Virus record (IMG/VR): IMGVR_UViG_3300029305_011402
Source of the DNA: an uncultured virus (IMG/VR IMGVR_UViG_3300029305_011402)
Lineage: Duplodnaviria; Heunggongvirae; Uroviricota; Caudoviricetes
Strand: one strand, 5' to 3'
Length of the DNA: 20,000 bases
The notes beneath the pieces are model-generated. The model did not search any database. It worked only from the letters and a program-made list of their open reading frames with translations, and had not been told where the DNA came from. The stretch's first letter is position 1, and the number at the start of each line of letters is the position of its first letter. Position numbers and translations under genes: made by a program. This document shows positions 17,296-20,000 of the stretch, one piece after another.

Positions 17296-18083
17296 TGAAT
17301 CAAATAGAAAAATATTACAACAAATTTAATGAGGACAAACGCTTGTCTTCTAGACACGGAATCGTTGAATATACTGTAACAAACAAGTATATTCACGATT
17401 TTTTATGCAAGGATGCAAAAATAATTGATATTGGTGCCGGCACAGGAAAATATTCCATAAGCCTTGCAAACGAGGGTTATGATGTAACCTCGGTTGAATA
17501 CGTCAAAAAAAATTTGAGCGTGTTAAATCAAAACGCTCAAAAACAATTATTGCCATCAGCAAAGTTAAAAACATACCATGGCACAGCATTGGATCTTTTT
17601 AGGTTTAAAGACCAAACATTTGATGTTTGTTTGCTACTTGGTCCAATGTATCATCTTTTTACTTTACAAGATAAAATAAAAGCCCTAAACGAGGCCAAAA
17701 GAATAACAAAAAAAGGGGGCTATATTTTTGTTGCCTACCTACTTTCCGACTATGCAATAATTAGACATGCAATTATGGATAATAACTTGCAGTCAAGTCT
17801 TAATGATAATAAAATAGATGAAAATTATAACATTATATCCTCACCAGAAGATCTTTACTCATATGTTAAACTTTCAGACATAGAAAATTATAATCAACAT
17901 ACAGGTCTAACGCGAGTAAAAATCTTTTCTCCAGACGGCCCAACCGATTATATTCGCCCATACATAAACAAACTAAGCGACAACAATTTTGAGTATTATC
18001 TTAAATACGTTTTAGCCAACTCGCAAGACCAAACCAAACTTGGCGCCAGCAGTCACGTTGTGGATGTGTTAAGGGTGGATTAA
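17295..18083 (+). CDS. Class I SAM-dependent methyltransferase
   Basis: IIDIGAGTGKYS motif I; FDVCLLLGPMYHL; EAKRITKKGGYIF. Confidence 0.9.
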   Translation: MNQIEKYYNKFNEDKRLSSRHGIVEYTVTNKYIHDFLCKDAKIIDIGAGTGKYSISLANEGYDVTSVEYVKKNLSVLNQNAQKQLLPSAKLKTYHGTALDLFRFKDQTFDVCLLLGPMYHLFTLQDKIKALNEAKRITKKGGYIFVAYLLSDYAIIRHAIMDNNLQSSLNDNKIDENYNIISSPEDLYSYVKLSDIENYNQHTGLTRVKIFSPDGPTDYIRPYINKLSDNNFEYYLKYVLANSQDQTKLGASSHVVDVLRVD

Positions 18084-18089
18084 ATAAAC

Positions 18090-18134
18090 AAGAGTGAAAA
18101 TACCCATTATGGTTAAAATCACTCTTATTTTTTT
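18090..18134 (+). terminator. Probable terminator
   Basis: AAGAGTGA...TCACTCTT followed by ATTTTTTT just after the MTase stop. Confidence 0.5.
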
Positions 18135-18273
18135 ATAACATTTGCTTTTTTACAACTGGTTATTTACGAAATTGCAACAAATTAGGAGCATTTTCCAAGT
18201 TTTCCACCCATACTAAAAAGTATTTGTTTGCGAATAGCAAATTACAAATGAACGCACCTGCCACCTTCAAATA

Positions 18274-18309
18274 CAAAAATGGACAACAATAAGCCGTTGA
18301 CCATTTTGT
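18274..18309 (-). terminator. Probable terminator of the LRR gene
   Basis: Imperfect inverted repeat AAAATGGACAAC...GTTGACCATTTT just downstream of the stop at 18327. Confidence 0.45.
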
Positions 18310-18326
18310 ATTTATATTAAAATATA

Positions 18327-19598
18327 TTAATAATTGACATTATAATGTGCGGTCATTTCGTTATTTGAGCCCCAATTGGCATCAATACCTTCTGCAACAA
18401 CAGCCCAAAGCGCTTCCGAACCTTGGAAATATATGTCTGTTAGCGACCCCCAGTAACTTTCATTGTTATAGGAGTTGTTGGCTAAGCGTTCACAACCAGC
18501 GCGAGTTATACTACGAGGCAAATATAGATTAGTCATGCCCCAAGTAGGTTCGAGTTCAAGCCAAACATCTTCAAAATTAATAGTTTCTGGAAAAATTAAG
18601 GTACATATATTACCAGTTTCAGGCGTCGTACCAAGACCAACATTAGGATCGTAGTGTTCCATATCCGCATACTCCGACCAAAAAGCCATCTCGCCAACAG
18701 TTTTTAAACCAGTAGCCAATGTTACCGTTTCATAAAATATTAAATTACTGCACCCACGTAGGTCTACTGTCAAATCAACAATCTCTGAGCCGTCTCCCCA
18801 CAAATCATAATCTTCCTCTATATATGTTTCGGAATCTGCAACTATGCCAGTTATTGCTACGAAACTGCCGGAAGTTCTTTTAACTACTACTGGAACAACA
18901 ATGCTACCACTGCCAGATGGCACAGCGTTTATATAATATTCACCTTGTTCTTCTGCAACACCAAAGCCATCACTTTCTAAACCAACAACCGCTTGTTCTA
19001 GTTTTAAGGTAAAAGAGTTTGCATTGATTGTTTCTAACTGAGTAAAACCAGAAGCTTTGTTACACTTTAATGTTAATACAATTGAAACTGTATCGTTATC
19101 TGTTAGGGTTGTTGCAAGTTTGTCGCCCACCAATAATGTTCCCGAATTGTCTTCACAAACTGCCAAGACTTGAGGATTGTTTATCAAAAACTGCTCGCCA
19201 ATGCTTATATATGCAACTATTGGAAAGTTTGATGTGTTTGTTACTGTATATGTCAACACTATATCACGTGGTGACTCTAGATCTGGCAAATCAGTAAAAT
19301 ACATGCTACCAAAACTTAATGATTTATTCTCTCCATTTATTGCAATAGTAGAACTTGTTGATTTAAGTCCACTGTTGTCATTTTGCACATAAAGAGGTGT
19401 AGTGGCTTCCGCACTCGCACTTAGTGCTGCGTTTTCAACTTTTATTGTAACGTTTGCGTTGCAATGGTTTGCAGTAAAGCCAATGTTACCAGATACTGCA
19501 AGTTCTGCACGCTTTGCAGACCATACGCCAATGGCAATTGCACATACGCAAACACATATGATTGCAATGTTTAAGATAAAACTAAACTTTCTCTTCAT
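18327..19598 (-). CDS. N-terminally anchored or secreted protein with an Ig-like region and degenerate BspA-type leucine-rich repeats
   Basis: MKRK followed by a hydrophobic helix; VTLATGLKTVGEMAF, LIFPETI, LYLPRSITR and SLTDIYFQGSEALW are typical LRR_5/BspA repeats and C-cap; AAGGAG RBS. Confidence 0.7.
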   Translation of the reverse strand: MKRKFSFILNIAIICVCVCAIAIGVWSAKRAELAVSGNIGFTANHCNANVTIKVENAALSASAEATTPLYVQNDNSGLKSTSSTIAINGENKSLSFGSMYFTDLPDLESPRDIVLTYTVTNTSNFPIVAYISIGEQFLINNPQVLAVCEDNSGTLLVGDKLATTLTDNDTVSIVLTLKCNKASGFTQLETINANSFTLKLEQAVVGLESDGFGVAEEQGEYYINAVPSGSGSIVVPVVVKRTSGSFVAITGIVADSETYIEEDYDLWGDGSEIVDLTVDLRGCSNLIFYETVTLATGLKTVGEMAFWSEYADMEHYDPNVGLGTTPETGNICTLIFPETINFEDVWLELEPTWGMTNLYLPRSITRAGCERLANNSYNNESYWGSLTDIYFQGSEALWAVVAEGIDANWGSNNEMTAHYNVNY

Positions 19599-19617
19599 AT
19601 AATATCTCCTTTTGTTT

Positions 19618-19685
19618 TTAGGTCTTTTGACCTAACATCTATATTTTATTAGGTTTTTAGACCTAAGTCAAGTCTTTTGACCTAA
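19618..19685. promoter_or_regulatory. Three 18-bp palindromic operators overlapping divergent promoters
   Basis: TTAGGTC-TTTT-GACCTAA (19618-35), TTAGGTT-TTTA-GACCTAA (19649-66), TCAAGTC-TTTT-GACCTAA (19668-85). Minus-strand promoter TTGACT (19666-71)-17 nt-TAAAAT (19643-48). Plus-strand TATAAT at 19692-97. Confidence 0.8.
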
Positions 19686-19703
19686 TTTTTATATAATTTT
19701 AAT

Positions 19704-19901
19704 ATGGAATATCAAGAAATTTTGAAAGATATAATGTGTGAAAATAATTTGAGCCAAATGGCGCTTGCACAAATATTGGGAGTTAACCAAACAACTATAA
19801 GTCAATGGTTGCTTGGCAACAAAAAACCATCTTTTGACAGCATTCTTGCACTTTATATAAATTTTGGCGTAACTCCAAACGAACTTTTTGGAATTTCGTG
19901 A
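19704..19901 (+). CDS. XRE-family (HTH_3) transcriptional regulator
   Basis: LSQMALAQILGVNQTTISQWLLGNKKPS HTH motif. Confidence 0.9.
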   Translation: MEYQEILKDIMCENNLSQMALAQILGVNQTTISQWLLGNKKPSFDSILALYINFGVTPNELFGIS

Positions 19902-20000
19902 GTTTTTGATATTCTGACAGCTAAAAAATACTTTTTATTTAAATTTTTGCATAAAAAATACAAGAATTTTGTTCTCGTATTTTCAGAGTGTAGACAATAA

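Overview
Low-GC, Clostridia-like (Bacillota) chromosomal DNA with three zones. Left (1-4134): a defence-type island with a fused double N6-adenine methyltransferase (M.FokI-like) coupled to an HNH endonuclease that runs off the window edge and is missing from the ORF track, plus a divergent HNH_repeat+HNH gene. Middle (5272-16375): next to a degV gene, an ~11 kb minus-strand operon of podovirus-like morphogenesis genes (TerS-like, Zn protein, portal, scaffold, major capsid, adaptor, nozzle, coiled-coil protein, two holins) with its own sigma-A-like promoter and terminator. No large terminase, integrase, replication, repressor, endolysin or tail-fibre gene is recognisable. Between portal and scaffold lies a MuF-motif polymorphic toxin with a DUF6883-like tip and three tandem DUF4926-like immunity paralogues, one preceded by a relic of an older toxin C-terminus. 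Operon junctions carry ATTCACT heptamer/hairpin elements and an 82-bp structured tandem repeat. Right (16449-19901): a hypothetical gene, a SAM methyltransferase, and a BspA-like LRR surface protein divergent from an XRE regulator with three palindromic operators. The best candidate novel system is a domesticated, GTA-like or toxin-delivering capsid operon with an exchangeable toxin-immunity cassette. All family assignments come from motif recognition by eye, not database searches.
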